DNA from: a virus
Lineage: Duplodnaviria; Caudoviricetes
Reading direction: 5' to 3' (one strand)
Virus record (IMG/VR): IMGVR_UViG_3300033072_000343
Location: 6,110-70,109 of that record
DNA length: 64,000 bases
In this document: one piece after another, positions 1 to 8,461 of the stretch
Position numbering within the stretch: position 1 is the first letter of the stretch
Layout of the letters: every line of letters begins with the position of its first letter
The notes under the pieces: model-generated
What the model was told of the DNA's origin: nothing
The model's input: only the letters and a program-made list of their open reading frames with translations
Databases searched by the model: none
Position numbers and translations under genes: made by a program

Positions 1-1317
1 GTCGAATAGTGATGTTGGGTCGAATCGTGTGAGCTCTGGCCTGAAGCTGAACGGGATATCCACCCCTGCCTGACCCGCCCGTTGCTTGGCGATGAACAGG
101 TTGATTCTCCTCGGTCCAGATTGGGTGGCCTCTGAGTCCTGTTGCTCAGCGGGGTAGAGCATGCCGACAAGGTCAGCATCTTGCTCAATGGCACCTGACT
201 CGCGCAGATCGCTGAGCCTAGGTTTTCTGTTTCCATCACGCTCAATGGCGCGGTTCAGCTGGGCCAGAAGCACGATCGGTATCTTGAGCTCCTTGGCCAG
301 CAGCTTCATGTTTCGGCTGATCGCATCGATCTGCTCGCGTCTCTCCTTGCCCTCAGAGGCTGTGATCAACTGCAGGTAGTCGATCGCAAGCACCTTCAAT
401 CCTGAAGATCGAACCCAGCGACGCGCCTTGGCAGCAATGCTCTGAGCGGTCTGGTTGGGCTTGTCGTTGACCATGATCTTGTGACGGGCTAGTCGACTTG
501 TAGCTGTCGTCAGCTTCCTGAGCTCACCCTCGTTTGGCTGGTTGCGCTCGTCGTACCGCCCAACATCCACCTGAGACTCGATTGCCAGCATTCGCATGCC
601 CACCTCCTCGGCGCTCATCTCGAGGCTCACGAACCCCGTCTGCACGCCGCTTGAGCAGAGTGAGGTCAAAAGACTCAAGGTGAACGCCGTCTTGCCGGCA
701 CCCGGGCGACCAGCAACCACGAATACCTGGCCCGGCCTCAGTCCTCCCCTGAGGATTCTGTCCATGAAGGTCCAGCCGGTTGGGATAGCGTCGCTCTTTC
801 CAGCACACCGCTCCTGAATGAGGTCGATGGCTGAAGTGGCTATCTGTTTGGCAGTGAAGTCGCTGTCAACGGAGTGCTCATTCCTGATCCCCATCAGCTT
901 GGCTTCAAAACTGTCCAGCACCATGTCCACCTTGGCAGCCCCGGAATAGGCCGTGTTTATGGCCTCTTGCGAGATCTCAATGAGCTTTCTGGCCCGCTGT
1001 TTGTCCCGTGCAATGTCCAGATAGTATGGGAGGTTTGATGCGCTCGGAACAGCGTCCATCGCCTCAGACACGAACGCAATCCCGCCGACACGGTTGAACG
1101 AGTCGCCCTTGAGCCGGTTCGCGATCGTGACCATATCGATCGGAATGCGGTCGTCCCGCATCTTGATGATGATCTCCCACAGGTCATGGCATCGAACATC
1201 GTAGAACCAGTCCGCCTTGATACCGCCGTTTATCGCGTCATCGATGGCGTTGTTATTCAGCAAACAGCACCCTATCACGCCAAGTTCGGCCTCTTGCGAG
1301 AACGGAGGCTCTCTCAC
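1..1317 (-). CDS. dnaB: Replicative DNA helicase DnaB (3' end runs off the window)
   Basis: Not in the ORF track; translated by hand from a GTG at 1317 that overlaps the upstream TGA. Gives MREPPFSQEAELGVIGCCL, Walker A AGRPGAGKT, SLEMS, IDYLQL, LAQLNR and DLRESGAIEQDAD. Confidence 0.95.
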   Translation of the reverse strand, partial: MREPPFSQEAELGVIGCCLLNNNAIDDAINGGIKADWFYDVRCHDLWEIIIKMRDDRIPIDMVTIANRLKGDSFNRVGGIAFVSEAMDAVPSASNLPYYLDIARDKQRARKLIEISQEAINTAYSGAAKVDMVLDSFEAKLMGIRNEHSVDSDFTAKQIATSAIDLIQERCAGKSDAIPTGWTFMDRILRGGLRPGQVFVVAGRPGAGKTAFTLSLLTSLCSSGVQTGFVSLEMSAEEVGMRMLAIESQVDVGRYDERNQPNEGELRKLTTATSRLARHKIMVNDKPNQTAQSIAAKARRWVRSSGLKVLAIDYLQLITASEGKERREQIDAISRNMKLLAKELKIPIVLLAQLNRAIERDGNRKPRLSDLRESGAIEQDADLVGMLYPAEQQDSEATQSGPRRINLFIAKQRAGQAGVDIPFSFRPELTRFDPTSLFD

Positions 1318-2186
1318 TTGGTGCCTCCTCCAAGCTGGGCCTTGAGTTGGAAGTACCGCTCCTTCATGGCTGCAAACTCCTGCTTCTGGGCTTCGGTCAC
1401 CAGATCTCCGAACATCGCCTCATGCCGAGGGTTCGCCACGTGCCCAGAAAGACGCTCCACGAGGTTTTTAAGCTCGTCTGGTATGGAGACAGCGGACTTG
1501 GCATCAGGACGCGCCATTGGGGTTGTAGCGCCCCAGTTGTTCATCAAGGCCAGCGGAGTCAGGATGGCATCGCGGAAGATGCGCCGATAGCCAGCGACGT
1601 GGGCATCGATCATCTCCTTGCTCAGGCTTGGCTCGACCTTCTTGATTCCAGCCAGAGCAACTCCTACCCGCTTCCACTCGCCCTCGGTCATGCGTGCCAC
1701 GTCCGATCCGCAAGCCTTGGCCAGATGGTCCGCAAGCTCGTTCCTCGGGCGCTCTTTCGCGGCATCGCCGCTCTCTTTCTTATGGTCTTCTTCTATAGTA
1801 TTCTTAGGTGACGGCTTTCCAGTTACTGGAAACCCGCACTGGTTTTCCGCGCATAAAGGGGTGTTTTGCGCGGATTTCCAGTCAACGGTGGGAGTGTCGG
1901 TAAAGGTCCAAATTCGATTGGAAAACCTTCCGTCAGCGGCCGTTTCTGTTTCCTCAAGGGAGGCGTACCCAAGCTCTTTGAGCTCATTGAACACGGCCGC
2001 GATGGCATCACGCCCCTCGCAGCAATGCTCAGTTACCCACGCTTTGGTAACCACCCACTCGTCCATATTGGACAGGATCATGCACAGGAGCCCCTTGGCG
2101 CGAAGAGACATCTTCTTCCGAAGAAGTTCGTTTGGGATGATGGTGAATCCACCCTGCTGTCGCTTTACTCGGATGATGGTTTTCAT
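1314..2186 (-). CDS. Phage replication initiator / helix-turn-helix replisome organiser
   Basis: N-terminal FTIIPNELL..LSLRAKGLL..ILS winged-HTH pattern, P-x-x-GKP-type linker, directly upstream of and coupled to DnaB. Confidence 0.7.
   Translation of the reverse strand: MKTIIRVKRQQGGFTIIPNELLRKKMSLRAKGLLCMILSNMDEWVVTKAWVTEHCCEGRDAIAAVFNELKELGYASLEETETAADGRFSNRIWTFTDTPTVDWKSAQNTPLCAENQCGFPVTGKPSPKNTIEEDHKKESGDAAKERPRNELADHLAKACGSDVARMTEGEWKRVGVALAGIKKVEPSLSKEMIDAHVAGYRRIFRDAILTPLALMNNWGATTPMARPDAKSAVSIPDELKNLVERLSGHVANPRHEAMFGDLVTEAQKQEFAAMKERYFQLKAQLGGGTK
1813..1927. repeat. Iteron-like repeats inside the initiator gene (putative origin)
   Basis: GGNTTTCC-type motif at 1813, 1841 and 1872, inverted copies at 1825 and 1918; AT-rich stretch at ~1787-1807. 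Confidence 0.4.
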
Positions 2187-2227
2187 CGGTCGTTGAAACA
2201 GCCCGTTTCAGTGAACGGGAAAAAAGA

Positions 2228-2293
2228 GCCCCACGTAGTCCGAGGGGGAGAGATCGCTGGGGCGGATCAGCGAAACCTCGGAAAACGTGGGGC
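2228..2293 (-). terminator. Long imperfect hairpin with U-tract in the leader of the replication operon (terminator/attenuator-like)
   Basis: Stems GCCCCACGT/ACGTGGGGC, TCCGAGG/CCTCGGA and TCGCTG/CAGCGA, followed by TCTTTTTT on the minus strand. Confidence 0.6.
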
Positions 2294-2365
2294 AAAAAAC
2301 TGTGATTGAACCGCGCCTATTGAACACCCTCGACTCTCCTCTCACCGATCGCCGAGGACACTGAC

Positions 2366-2394
2366 CTTGTAATACACCGCAGACAGCCTGTCAA
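2366..2394 (-). promoter_or_regulatory. Promoter class site A (TTGACA-N17-TACAAG, partial palindrome GGTGTATTACAAG)
   Basis: Read directly; upstream of the initiator and DnaB. Confidence 0.65.
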
Positions 2395-2873
2395 CAGTGT
2401 CTTCGCCCATACTCCCAGATCAGGAGGGAGTCCGATGTCTTGAGCGTGATCGGAATGCCTGGAAAGAGCTCCTGGGCGCGGCCCTTGAGCTTGTTCTTCC
2501 ACTCTGTCTTCGAGAGACCCTTGGAGTTTCCGAGGCCGAGTTCCTTTTGCCACGTCTGCGGAGGAACGCGCTCGATGCGGTAGCCGAGGGCCATGGCGGC
2601 CCCAAGGACGATTCCAAAGTTCTCGAACATCACCGCGGCCATGGAGCCGGGTATGCCCTTGCCACCGCCCATTGGAACAAACCGCGGAAGCTGCTCGATG
2701 TGAAGAACGGTGTAACCCTTCAGCACCAGATCGCTCAAGAGCTTGACTGTGTCAGTCGGCTCCTGAGGCATGGGTACCGCGGTCATTGGTCCATCTCCGT
2801 TCTTCCAGGCGATGCCTCCTGAGGCTCCCGGGTCGATGGCGATGTGCCAGTAGTCACTTGGGGTTTGGATCAT
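2391..2873 (-). CDS. RuvC-like Holliday junction resolvase
   Basis: IAIDPGASGGIA, IEQ, FGIVLG, VPPQTWQK and a C-terminal SDSLLI acidic motif. Confidence 0.75.
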   Translation of the reverse strand: MIQTPSDYWHIAIDPGASGGIAWKNGDGPMTAVPMPQEPTDTVKLLSDLVLKGYTVLHIEQLPRFVPMGGGKGIPGSMAAVMFENFGIVLGAAMALGYRIERVPPQTWQKELGLGNSKGLSKTEWKNKLKGRAQELFPGIPITLKTSDSLLIWEYGRRHC

Positions 2874-3093
2874 CGGTGAATGCTTCAGGTGGGTAACTGA
2901 TAAGACCGGCCTTCCACATACGCTCCATCATGGGCCAGTTAGGCCCGCGACGTGGATCGGCGTTACACTTGGGCGCGTACCAAAGTTTGCGGGCGCACTC
3001 AACGCAGGTTGGCCTGCCCGACCAGAAGTTCTTGGCCGGCTGAGTGCGCCCACAACGTATGCAGGTTTTCGTTAACTCTTCTTTCTGGCCCAT
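2854..3093 (-). CDS. Small zinc-finger protein
   Basis: CxxC...CxxC (CIRC, CVEC); overlaps both neighbouring genes in operon fashion. Confidence 0.5.
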   Translation of the reverse strand: MGQKEELTKTCIRCGRTQPAKNFWSGRPTCVECARKLWYAPKCNADPRRGPNWPMMERMWKAGLISYPPEAFTDDPNPK

Positions 3094-4013
3094 TCAGGAA
3101 TGGATACACGACCGCGCATTCCATTTAGAGGGCGCTCCCAGACGTTCGTCTTGAAGCACTCTGCGAGTGTTTCGAGGTGCCGCTTGTTGATCGCTCGGCC
3201 AGCCTCGATCGAGTCCTCATCGAGCTCGAGTGTGACGCACACGTACGGCGGCAACTTCTCCGCCACAATGAAGACCCACCGACTCTTCTTCACATCAGTC
3301 GTGAATGGATCGTCTGTCGAGGTCAACATGTTGTACAGGTCGATGTACCACGCCGCCTGTTGTGCGTACCCCCACTTCTTGATGGAGTATGAGAAGTCGT
3401 CTGGGTTCGCGTATCCGCGGTCTACCGTCTTGAGGTCCGCAATCGCCTCCGCATCGCTTCCCTTGCTTGAACAGATGATGTCAGCCTTGCCCTTGGTTCG
3501 GATGGTTACTCCGTTGACGACGATCGTCTTGAACATGGCCACCTCCTTCAAAGCCCCATCCATCAGCTTGACTGCGTCTGCATTGGACATGACGCCTTGA
3601 GTGATTCCGGCGATTTGGGTCGAGTCGTCCTGAGAAAGCTCAGTCTTCCCAGCATTGGCGGCACTCCAATCGTCCCACCACTTGATGGCTGCGATGGTGT
3701 CCTCGCTCGGCTTCTTGGCGTTACGTTGAGCGTCGGTAGGCTTCCGGGGAGCGTCAGCCGGCTTGAGGACCGTCTTTCTGGCGTACTCCTCAGGCTCAAG
3801 AACCGAAAGGTGGGTAAGCGTTCCGATCTCCTGAGCCTCGGTTTGTTCAGCGCGATATCCACCAAACTTCTTGGACCAGAAGTGAAGCGGCGACAGCGAC
3901 ATCTCCTTGAGGTCTGAGATGGCGATTGCCGGATCGTTTCGATACACCCGCTCGTCCAGCAGGTGATGAATGCCGTCATGGACCAACCCGTTCTCGTCAA
4001 GTATCGTTCTCAT
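3072..4013 (-). CDS. PD-(D/E)XK exonuclease, RecE/ExoVIII-like (DUF3799-type)
   Basis: ISDLK..SPLHF, GTLTHLSVLEP, KGKADII..IADLKT and YAQQAAWY; adjacent to the Sak4-like ATPase. Confidence 0.8.
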   Translation of the reverse strand: MRTILDENGLVHDGIHHLLDERVYRNDPAIAISDLKEMSLSPLHFWSKKFGGYRAEQTEAQEIGTLTHLSVLEPEEYARKTVLKPADAPRKPTDAQRNAKKPSEDTIAAIKWWDDWSAANAGKTELSQDDSTQIAGITQGVMSNADAVKLMDGALKEVAMFKTIVVNGVTIRTKGKADIICSSKGSDAEAIADLKTVDRGYANPDDFSYSIKKWGYAQQAAWYIDLYNMLTSTDDPFTTDVKKSRWVFIVAEKLPPYVCVTLELDEDSIEAGRAINKRHLETLAECFKTNVWERPLNGMRGRVSIPEWARKKS

Positions 4014-4025
4014 GGGTGATCGCGA

Positions 4026-4892
4026 TTAGGCGGTGGCCTTGGCGAGGAACGCGGCCGTATTTGACAGGATCTTCTCCGCGTTGGTTACAGACAGATCTCG
4101 GAATGTTTGGCTTTCCCTGATCCATCCAAGCGTCACAAGGAACGCATTGGCCTTGGGTTCATTAGCGCCGATGACGGCGGCCAACTGCGTCTTCCACACA
4201 GGCTCACCTCCGGACAGACGCCACGCTTCAAGCTGAGCACCTGTCTCCTCGGTGATCTGGAAAATCTTGTCGACGAAAAGGCCAGAGCGGTCCTTGGAGA
4301 CAGCGGCCTGATGATTGAGAGCCACATCGAACACCGTGGTGAACTCGTATTCGATTCCGTCACGCATGATCGGAGCCAGGCCGACCTTCTTGATCTGGGT
4401 CTTGCCTCGGTCATCCTTCTCCTGAACGTAGTCCATCTTGGAGCGCATGCAGCAGATGACATGTGCCGGAGACTGCAACACGGCCTTCACGATTCCGCCG
4501 AACTTGTCGCCGGCAATCTTCCAGTTGGTGTAGGAGTTGCCGCCGCGTTGATCGAGCTTGTCCTTGTAATCAAGGATTCCCTCCCAGAAGTGCGATGCGC
4601 TATCGATAACTATGGCTCCGTATCCAGCTTCTACAGCCGCGTCGACGCCCTCGATGAACTTCTCGTTGTCGAACGGAGGAGCAATGTCGAGCGTGTCGAA
4701 GTCGAATCGGTCGGCGTACAGGGACGCAGAGCGATTCTCAGTATCGATGAGGGCAATCTTTCCGGTGGGGCCAACAAGGCCTCGCGCGAGCCGAAGAGAC
4801 GAGTACGTTTTTCCGGAACCAGACGGACCGGTGACCGCGAGTTTCAGGAAGACCTTCTCGCGGGTTGCTTTGCGAAACAGTGGTGTAGACAT
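4026..4892 (-). CDS. AAA ATPase, Sak4-like single-strand annealing protein
   Basis: GPSGSGKT, IDTENRS, VIDSASHFW and GIEYEFTTVF. Confidence 0.8.
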   Translation of the reverse strand: MSTPLFRKATREKVFLKLAVTGPSGSGKTYSSLRLARGLVGPTGKIALIDTENRSASLYADRFDFDTLDIAPPFDNEKFIEGVDAAVEAGYGAIVIDSASHFWEGILDYKDKLDQRGGNSYTNWKIAGDKFGGIVKAVLQSPAHVICCMRSKMDYVQEKDDRGKTQIKKVGLAPIMRDGIEYEFTTVFDVALNHQAAVSKDRSGLFVDKIFQITEETGAQLEAWRLSGGEPVWKTQLAAVIGANEPKANAFLVTLGWIRESQTFRDLSVTNAEKILSNTAAFLAKATA

Positions 4893-4930
4893 GGTTTTGA
4901 ATGACTTGGCTTAGCGCCAAGCCGAGAGTA

Positions 4931-4943
4931 GGTGTAAAACACC
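4931..4943 (-). promoter_or_regulatory. Palindrome site B (GGTGTTTTACACC) upstream of the recombination genes
   Basis: Same 13-bp motif as sites A and C-F, but TTGACT lies only 10 nt upstream rather than 17. Confidence 0.55.
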
Positions 4944-4955
4944 GTGAGTCAATAC

Positions 4956-5468
4956 CTAACGAGTCTGGAGATATGCGTCGCCAACGGCAGCGAAACGGCC
5001 GACCCGATCCCACAGCACATCGATCGACGAGTCGTTGATGATGGTGTCGTGGATCACGCCTCCGTCGTAGAGCTCCTGCAGGCGGGTTCTCTCCCATTCG
5101 GTTGCGGGCTCCACTCCGGGCCGTCGGATTCGCAGGATAATGCCGCCTCGCTTGATCCATTCTTTGGCCTCACGCAGGCGAACCAGCCGGGTGTTCACGG
5201 CGTAGTTTGGAAGAGAGTCGAAGAACTCCTTCATCACCCCGTCGTAGTTCACCTCGCCCCACTGTTCCAAGATCGGCCGGATCTGCTTCTTTTGGGTGTC
5301 GTTCTCAGTGAATGCCGAGAACCCAAGATGCTGCTGCACCAGCGAGTCGATCTGGCGCTTGATGATGTCACCGAACGCAATTCGCTTCCATCCGAGGTTG
5401 ATGAGCCTCGTCGCGGCGGCGTCCTTACCTTCACGGGCGTAACCCGCGAACGCAATCAGGTTGGCCAT
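4956..5468 (-). CDS. Deoxynucleoside monophosphate kinase
   Basis: N-terminal IAFAGYAREGKD P-loop, AFGDIIK, NTRLVRE and IINDSS. Confidence 0.75.
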   Translation of the reverse strand: MANLIAFAGYAREGKDAAATRLINLGWKRIAFGDIIKRQIDSLVQQHLGFSAFTENDTQKKQIRPILEQWGEVNYDGVMKEFFDSLPNYAVNTRLVRLREAKEWIKRGGIILRIRRPGVEPATEWERTRLQELYDGGVIHDTIINDSSIDVLWDRVGRFAAVGDAYLQTR

Positions 5469-5475
5469 GTGATGT

Positions 5476-5943
5476 TCAGTTCTGGAACTTCAGAGGGGTC
5501 TGGAAGTCGATGGTGAACACCGATGCGTTTGACGACACGGTTCCGTCGAAGTTGATGTACGCCAGCAGCGGGCTCGTGGCCGGGTTTCCGGTGGGCAGGT
5601 AAATCAACGCACCTTTTGCGGTGATTGTGGAACCGCCAGCACCAGTGCCCCATTGTACGTCGTTGATTTCAACCTGCACGAAATTGCCGGACTGGTTGGT
5701 CGTGGTCGAAATGTTACCGAGGGTCTTGCCACCAGTGTCGTACCCAGACCCAGACGCCTCCACGGCACCAGCAGCGATCGCGTCGCTCAAATAGACGTGG
5801 GCCTTGGAGTGCGTGTAGCTCGAGCCCGATCCGAGAAGCAGCACCTTGTAAGGAGGCGTCGATCCGACAGGAGTTGTGGCGAGAGTCATGGTCCCGGAGA
5901 TGATCTGCTCCAGGGCCTTGTTGTAGATGGTGGTCGTAGCCAT
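5476..5943 (-). CDS. Probable virion-associated beta-rich protein
   Basis: GSGYDTGGKTL...DVQW...ITAKGALIY...LLAYINF pattern common in phage structural proteins. Confidence 0.45.
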   Translation of the reverse strand: MATTTIYNKALEQIISGTMTLATTPVGSTPPYKVLLLGSGSSYTHSKAHVYLSDAIAAGAVEASGSGYDTGGKTLGNISTTTNQSGNFVQVEINDVQWGTGAGGSTITAKGALIYLPTGNPATSPLLAYINFDGTVSSNASVFTIDFQTPLKFQN

Positions 5944-5994
5944 AAATCGTTTGGTGCCTACACGGTTTCCGTGTGAGGCGAAAGTCGGAGTCGC

Positions 5995-6399
5995 TCAGTC
6001 GCGATACTTTGCGGTCTTGCGAGCGATAGAATCAGGCTGGCGAACGAACTGTTTACCAGCCCTCATGCCGGCACGCTTCTTCGCGCTCGTTGCGGAATAC
6101 TCCGAGTCACTCAGTGCCTCTCGAGCTTTTTGAGGCAGGTATCGCTCTCCTGTGGCACCACGGCCGACGACGGAGTTTTTGCCGCTCTTGGTCCCCCAAT
6201 CTTCACGGGTCCATTTGGACAGGCTGTTCGACGGAGACTTGGAACCCTTGTATGAGCCGCCCCGATCCTTGTAGCGGCTCACTGCAATCTGAGCCTTGCG
6301 GGCGCTCCACTGTCCGGGCCTGCCACCTTTCGACGACGCCTTCACCTCGCGGACGATCCGGCTCCAGAGAGACGGGTTGGACTTGGATGCAACTTTCAC
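5995..6399 (-). CDS. Highly basic protein, DUF5872-like
   Basis: GGRPGQWSARKAQ, YKDRGGSYKG, SLSKWTREDWGTKSG and ERYLP motifs; family name recalled from memory. Confidence 0.6.
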   Translation of the reverse strand: MKVASKSNPSLWSRIVREVKASSKGGRPGQWSARKAQIAVSRYKDRGGSYKGSKSPSNSLSKWTREDWGTKSGKNSVVGRGATGERYLPQKAREALSDSEYSATSAKKRAGMRAGKQFVRQPDSIARKTAKYRD

Positions 6400-6713
6400 C
6401 AGAGAATCCTTCTCGCCCAGTAGTTTGCGGAGAACTTGTCGTTCTTGGTCAACTCGCCGCTCTTGTTTCGTATGCCTCCTGAGCGAGCGAGATAGTTGGC
6501 CCTGCGCTTTGGGTTCTTGTGCTTAGTGAAGTCGCTGTAGGCTCGGTGGCCGAATGAGACGACCTTGACCTTGTTGCCCTTTTTGGCGAGCACGCGCTTC
6601 TTGTGTGTATCACCGGCAGGGGCTGCCTTGGGCTTGTTGAAACCGGGAAACCGCTCGCCACGATAGATCACGCCACCTGACGGAAGACGTTTGATACCCT
6701 TGATTGCTGGCAT
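6396..6713 (-). CDS. Highly basic protein, DUF5754-like
   Basis: KVVSFGHRAYSDFTKHKNPKRRANYLAR...SANYWARRILW; family name recalled from memory. Confidence 0.6.
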   Translation of the reverse strand: MPAIKGIKRLPSGGVIYRGERFPGFNKPKAAPAGDTHKKRVLAKKGNKVKVVSFGHRAYSDFTKHKNPKRRANYLARSGGIRNKSGELTKNDKFSANYWARRILW

Positions 6714-6716
6714 GGT

Positions 6717-7235
6717 TCAGTTCTCCTTGATTTCAACCGTATCGGTCGCTCCGTTGGTGGAGTTAACCATCACGTTGACCTGCGTTGGTCCAACCTGAGC
6801 ACGCGGAGCGAATCCTGGCAACACAACCATGGCCTCAGCTTTGGCGGTCTCAGCCGCCTGCTGAGCCGACTTGATTAGAAGCTCGGCCGCCTTGTTGGAT
6901 TCGCTGATCAGCGATGCGTGAACCTTCATCACGCCGATCATTGATTCTGGGTCAGGGAACTCTCGGTTCTCGATCGCAGATTCACAGAAGTCCATGGCCC
7001 TGTCGGTACGTGCCAGATTCATGGCGAGCCGCGATCGACCGAGATGAATGGCTCCAACCTGAGATACGAACTCGCCAAAGATGCCGGCGGCCTTCAGCTG
7101 CTTGGCGTCAATGATATTGAACCCAGCCTCGCGGGCTGCTTTTTCAGCCACCGCCATGGAGATCGGAGGCTTGCCACCCACTGGCCGTGCGGGATGAGCA
7201 GGAGAGTCGTTTTGTTCAGCTGGGATTGGTGTCAT
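6717..7235 (-). CDS. Hypothetical helical protein (terminase small subunit possible)
   Basis: ATGA-coupled to the upstream ORF; helical core with a terminal beta-like segment; two genes from TerL. Confidence 0.5.
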   Translation of the reverse strand: MTPIPAEQNDSPAHPARPVGGKPPISMAVAEKAAREAGFNIIDAKQLKAAGIFGEFVSQVGAIHLGRSRLAMNLARTDRAMDFCESAIENREFPDPESMIGVMKVHASLISESNKAAELLIKSAQQAAETAKAEAMVVLPGFAPRAQVGPTQVNVMVNSTNGATDTVEIKEN

Positions 7236-7632
7236 TGATCCAGGTTGTCTTGAGGTTCATTTCCACTAGCCAGCACTCCTTGTCCAGTAACTTGGCAGCG
7301 AGGGGTATGTAACACCAACACCCCACTGTTGCACGACCCGAATCCCGGTGCTTCATCGTCTCCCCGTGGTGTCCGCATGTCTTCATCCGCTTGTTGTAAA
7401 GCGGACATTTTGAACAGGCGTTCAGCCTTTTCCTCCAGATACTTCGCGGAGTCCTCGATTCCGAGGAAATCATCAACGCTGCTGTCGCTGCCCTCGTCGC
7501 ATTCAAGAATCGTGGCAGGGCCAAGGACAGTGGGAGATGCTTGAACAAACTGCATACCCCGCTGGCCACGACGCCACAGTATTCTGCAAGTCGGCGAAGT
7601 CTCTTTTTGAATGTGAGCAGAGAGTATCTCAT
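7216..7632 (-). CDS. Cys-rich protein nested out of frame in the 3' part of 7232-8461
   Basis: WRKRLNACSKCPLYN..TCG..GCWCYIPLAAKL..KECW resembles a common small phage Cys-motif family; start codon uncertain (7632 or 7695). Confidence 0.5.
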   Translation of the reverse strand: MRYSLLTFKKRLRRLAEYCGVVASGVCSLFKHLPLSLALPRFLNATRAATAALMISSESRTPRSIWRKRLNACSKCPLYNKRMKTCGHHGETMKHRDSGRATVGCWCYIPLAAKLLDKECWLVEMNLKTTWINDTNPS

Positions 7633-8461
7633 AAACAGTATCTTCAATCTGTGAAACACGGTTAGCCCAGCGTTTGACGTATGGTATTGGGCCAAGCTGG
7701 GCGGCTGCCTTTCCCTCTACATCGTCGCATGTTTTTTCCCAGTCTGAGTTGTGCAGCACTTCGACGGTCCAGGAGAAAAGCGGATTTCCTCGACGCATGC
7801 GGCACTCCGTCAATTCAGACAACCTCACGATCCTCGATGCAGCAGTGAATGCCATCGACATCAAGCGTTTGGGTTCTCTGACCATGAGCGCCTTGCGCAG
7901 CGTTGGGTAGCGTGCAAGGACGATCTCCTTCCAGTTGCGGCGGTACGGAACCGCGGCCAACCGAATCGATCCGAGATTCAACGTGTTGCCAGCAAGCAGC
8001 CACCCTGGAATCGCTTGGGCAATAGCTAAATATGAGACAACCAGCAGATCTTTGCTGATGCCTGAAGTTGACGCAACGTGATCGATAAACGGGTCAGATG
8101 AATGAGTCTTCTTCGGCTGCTTCGGTTGCTTGACCTGCTCAGGTTCAAGCGTCGGACGCTTCGCCTGACACCCGTCCCAGATGTAGTAGAACTCTGGCGT
8201 GATACCTCCAGCCTTGGAGGCAACCGAAGCGAACGAGCTAACCTCCAAGAGCCAACCAGACTTCAGAGCGGTCGCACCCCTGCACGACAGAACCCGCTCC
8301 AGTTCACCAGACTGAGCAAAACCAAGCGGCACTGCCGGGATGACGTGAACGTAACCAACATCGTCCATAACGCAGTGATGACACTTGACGGGTATGGCCC
8401 AGCCGGAGTCGCTGACCACCCACAGTTCAATGTCTCGATCGTTGCAGTAGGTGAGCTTCAT
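7232..8461 (-). CDS. Hypothetical protein with a possible HU/IHF-like segment
   Basis: 409-aa ORF with 4-nt couplings at both ends; FIDHVASTSGISKDLL...LLAGNTLNLG resembles the HU helices. Confidence 0.6.
   Translation of the reverse strand: MKLTYCNDRDIELWVVSDSGWAIPVKCHHCVMDDVGYVHVIPAVPLGFAQSGELERVLSCRGATALKSGWLLEVSSFASVASKAGGITPEFYYIWDGCQAKRPTLEPEQVKQPKQPKKTHSSDPFIDHVASTSGISKDLLVVSYLAIAQAIPGWLLAGNTLNLGSIRLAAVPYRRNWKEIVLARYPTLRKALMVREPKRLMSMAFTAASRIVRLSELTECRMRRGNPLFSWTVEVLHNSDWEKTCDDVEGKAAAQLGPIPYVKRWANRVSQIEDTVYEILSAHIQKETSPTCRILWRRGQRGMQFVQASPTVLGPATILECDEGSDSSVDDFLGIEDSAKYLEEKAERLFKMSALQQADEDMRTPRGDDEAPGFGSCNSGVLVLHTPRCQVTGQGVLASGNEPQDNLDQ

Noticed and set aside
7600-7615. -1 programmed frameshift at CAAAAAG joining the 409-aa ORF to the Cys-rich frame
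   Set aside because: The Cys-rich frame is +1 relative to the long ORF and the heptamer is not a canonical X XXY YYZ site.
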